A DNA stretch of 64,000 nucleotides from Octopus bimaculoides (taxonomy: Eukaryota). The notes under the pieces are model-generated. The model was not told the DNA's origin. It worked only from the letters and a program-made list of their open reading frames with translations, and ran no database searches. This document shows positions 62,385 to 64,000 of the stretch, piece after piece. Position 1 is the stretch's first letter, and each line of letters begins with the position of its first letter. The DNA lies in the NCBI RefSeq assembly GCF_001194135.2, contig NC_068983.1, positions 141,867,898 through 141,931,897 of the forward strand. The letters run 5' to 3'. The position numbers were made by a program, and so were the translations under genes.

Positions 62385-62584
62385 AGGTAGCAAGCTGGCA
62401 GAATTATTAGCATGTCAGGCAAAATGCTTTGCAGCATTTCATCTCTGTACATTCTGGATTCAAATACCACCAAGGTCAACTTTGCCTTTCATATCTTTTA
62501 GGGTCAATAAAATAAGTACCAGTTAAACACTGAGGTAATATAATTACCTAACTTGCTGGCCTTGTACCAAAATTTTAAACCAAT
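62385..62584 (+). mobile_element. SINE family A, full length, CpG-decayed
   Basis: caagctggcagaattattagcatgtcaggcaaaatg...ccaccaaggtcaactttgcc; essentially every CpG seen in other copies appears here as TpG/CpA. Confidence 0.8.
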
Positions 62585-63653
62585 GTTTTGCTATTGGCAC
62601 AATGCTAATTTTGAGTAATGATATAATTAGCTTTTCTTAATTATGGTTAGTGAACCAACCTAGAAACACATCATTGAAATACAAATTCATTAGTTTAGTT
62701 CAATTTCATCCACCATCACCCAATTTTCTTGTTTATTTTTTTTTTTACTTGTTGGTTCATGTTTTTGTTTTTTGTTTGTTTTTTTATCTGATGGTTTAGT
62801 AAATTAGGGAATAGATTAAACTGATAAACTTGAGCCTGATTATTTCCTGTCAGATATTTTATTGACTTTGATAGATGAAAATCAAAATTTATCATGGTAG
62901 GGTATGAATTGGGATCAGTGAAACACTAAGATACTGTAAATTCTACTTTTTGAGTATCTCTTAAGTTGAAAAATATATAAAGCTATTATGTATAAAAAAA
63001 TTTTAATTTTCATAAATAAAAATACTTTAAGAATTTAGATATGTTTACTTTTCATAAGAGAGAAAGCCCGAACTTTTGAACAAACTCGATTGTGAAGATT
63101 TACTGTCCTACTTAAATCTTTAATTCCATCACTTACATTTCTATGTTTATATATTTTATTGCTGTGTATTTCCTTATTTGTTTATATTGTCATTTTTGCA
63201 TTGAGACTGAATTTTACTGCCAGTTTATTGATAAACAATTTATTTTTACCCCACCCAATTTATATTTTTAACCTTTAGTATTCTGGCTTATAACATTATA
63301 GAAAACAACTATCTTTGCCAATAATGACATATTGCATTCAAATCTTATGTAAACTTGTCAGATCACTAGAAATACAAACATCAGTATGAAACCTAATTTT
63401 TCATTTGCAATTTTCAAATACCAGCAGTATTATAAGATAATGTAGTAACTTATGTTACCTACAGGATACTAAAGGTTAAAATTCTACTCACCTGCCTAAC
63501 ATTGTGACCAATTTCATTTTTAGTATTTTTGTTTGTTTTTTTTTGTTTTAAACATTCAAACCCTACCTGAATGTTCCAATTGCTATCATCAGTGATCAAT
63601 CATCATTTTGTGTTCCTTCATATTTCTCTTCCCTCCGTCAATTTTATAAACAG

Positions 63654-63695
63654 TGACATGAAGATTTCTGGTGGCCCGAAATATGATCCCTGCAG
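63654..63695 (+). CDS. 42-nt coding exon, probable next exon of the same Zasp/PDLIM gene: (G)DMKISGGPKYDPC(S/R)
   Basis: Long polypyrimidine tract 63606-63650 then acag; donor CAG|GTCAGT at 63696. Phase 2-2, in frame with the 61445-61780 exon. YDP resembles the start of the post-ZM segment of PDLIM proteins (recalled similarity, not searched). Confidence 0.65.
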
Positions 63696-64000
63696 GTCAG
63701 TTTTTAAAACATTTTTTTCCATCTTGCTATTACATCAGATAGATAGATGCTCTCATTAAGCATACAAATATATATATATATATTTATATATATTTGAAAA
63801 GATTTGTAAAAGTACTACACGAGTAAGTAGATATTGAAAATGAATTAAAATGAAAATGCCACTTTTTAAAACATTTTTTGGATGTTTTAATTAATTTACA
63901 TGTTTCGGTTTTTTTGAAAAACCTTATCAAAAATGAATATAAAATGTGAGAAGAGACAAGGGCTTTATTAGCCCTTTTCGCTTCTCACATATTTTATATT

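Overview
Eukaryotic, AT-rich, microsatellite-dense draft-assembly DNA with nine N gaps. The tRNA-derived SINE families point to a coleoid cephalopod, most likely Octopus (inference). Nearly all listed ORFs are artefacts of microsatellites, N runs, SINEs or antisense LINE remnants. The only convincing host coding sequence is two + strand exons near the end (61445-61780 with a ZASP-like ZM motif, and a 42-nt exon at 63654-63695) of a PDZ-LIM/Zasp-family gene. No PDZ exon was found, so the rest is intron or upstream DNA. It is filled with three tRNA-headed SINE families, a (CAA)n-tailed repeat family, decayed RTE and CR1/L2 LINEs, a Helitron helicase remnant beside a 91-bp mini-Helitron, a hAT MITE and a Penelope-like GIY-YIG remnant. 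Most notable: (1) a complete canonical type I hammerhead ribozyme on the minus strand at 15957-16046, within a degenerate ~480-bp tandem unit (retrozyme/Penelope-pLTR-like), with further decayed hammerhead-like cores elsewhere; (2) a switch to CpG-decayed sequence at ~57.4 kb, downstream of a CpG- and palindrome-rich promoter candidate at 53.5-54.3 kb; (3) perfect 36-bp and 20-bp hairpins. All alignments and folds were done by eye; no database searches were run, and repeat boundaries are approximate unless a target-site duplication (TSD) is quoted.
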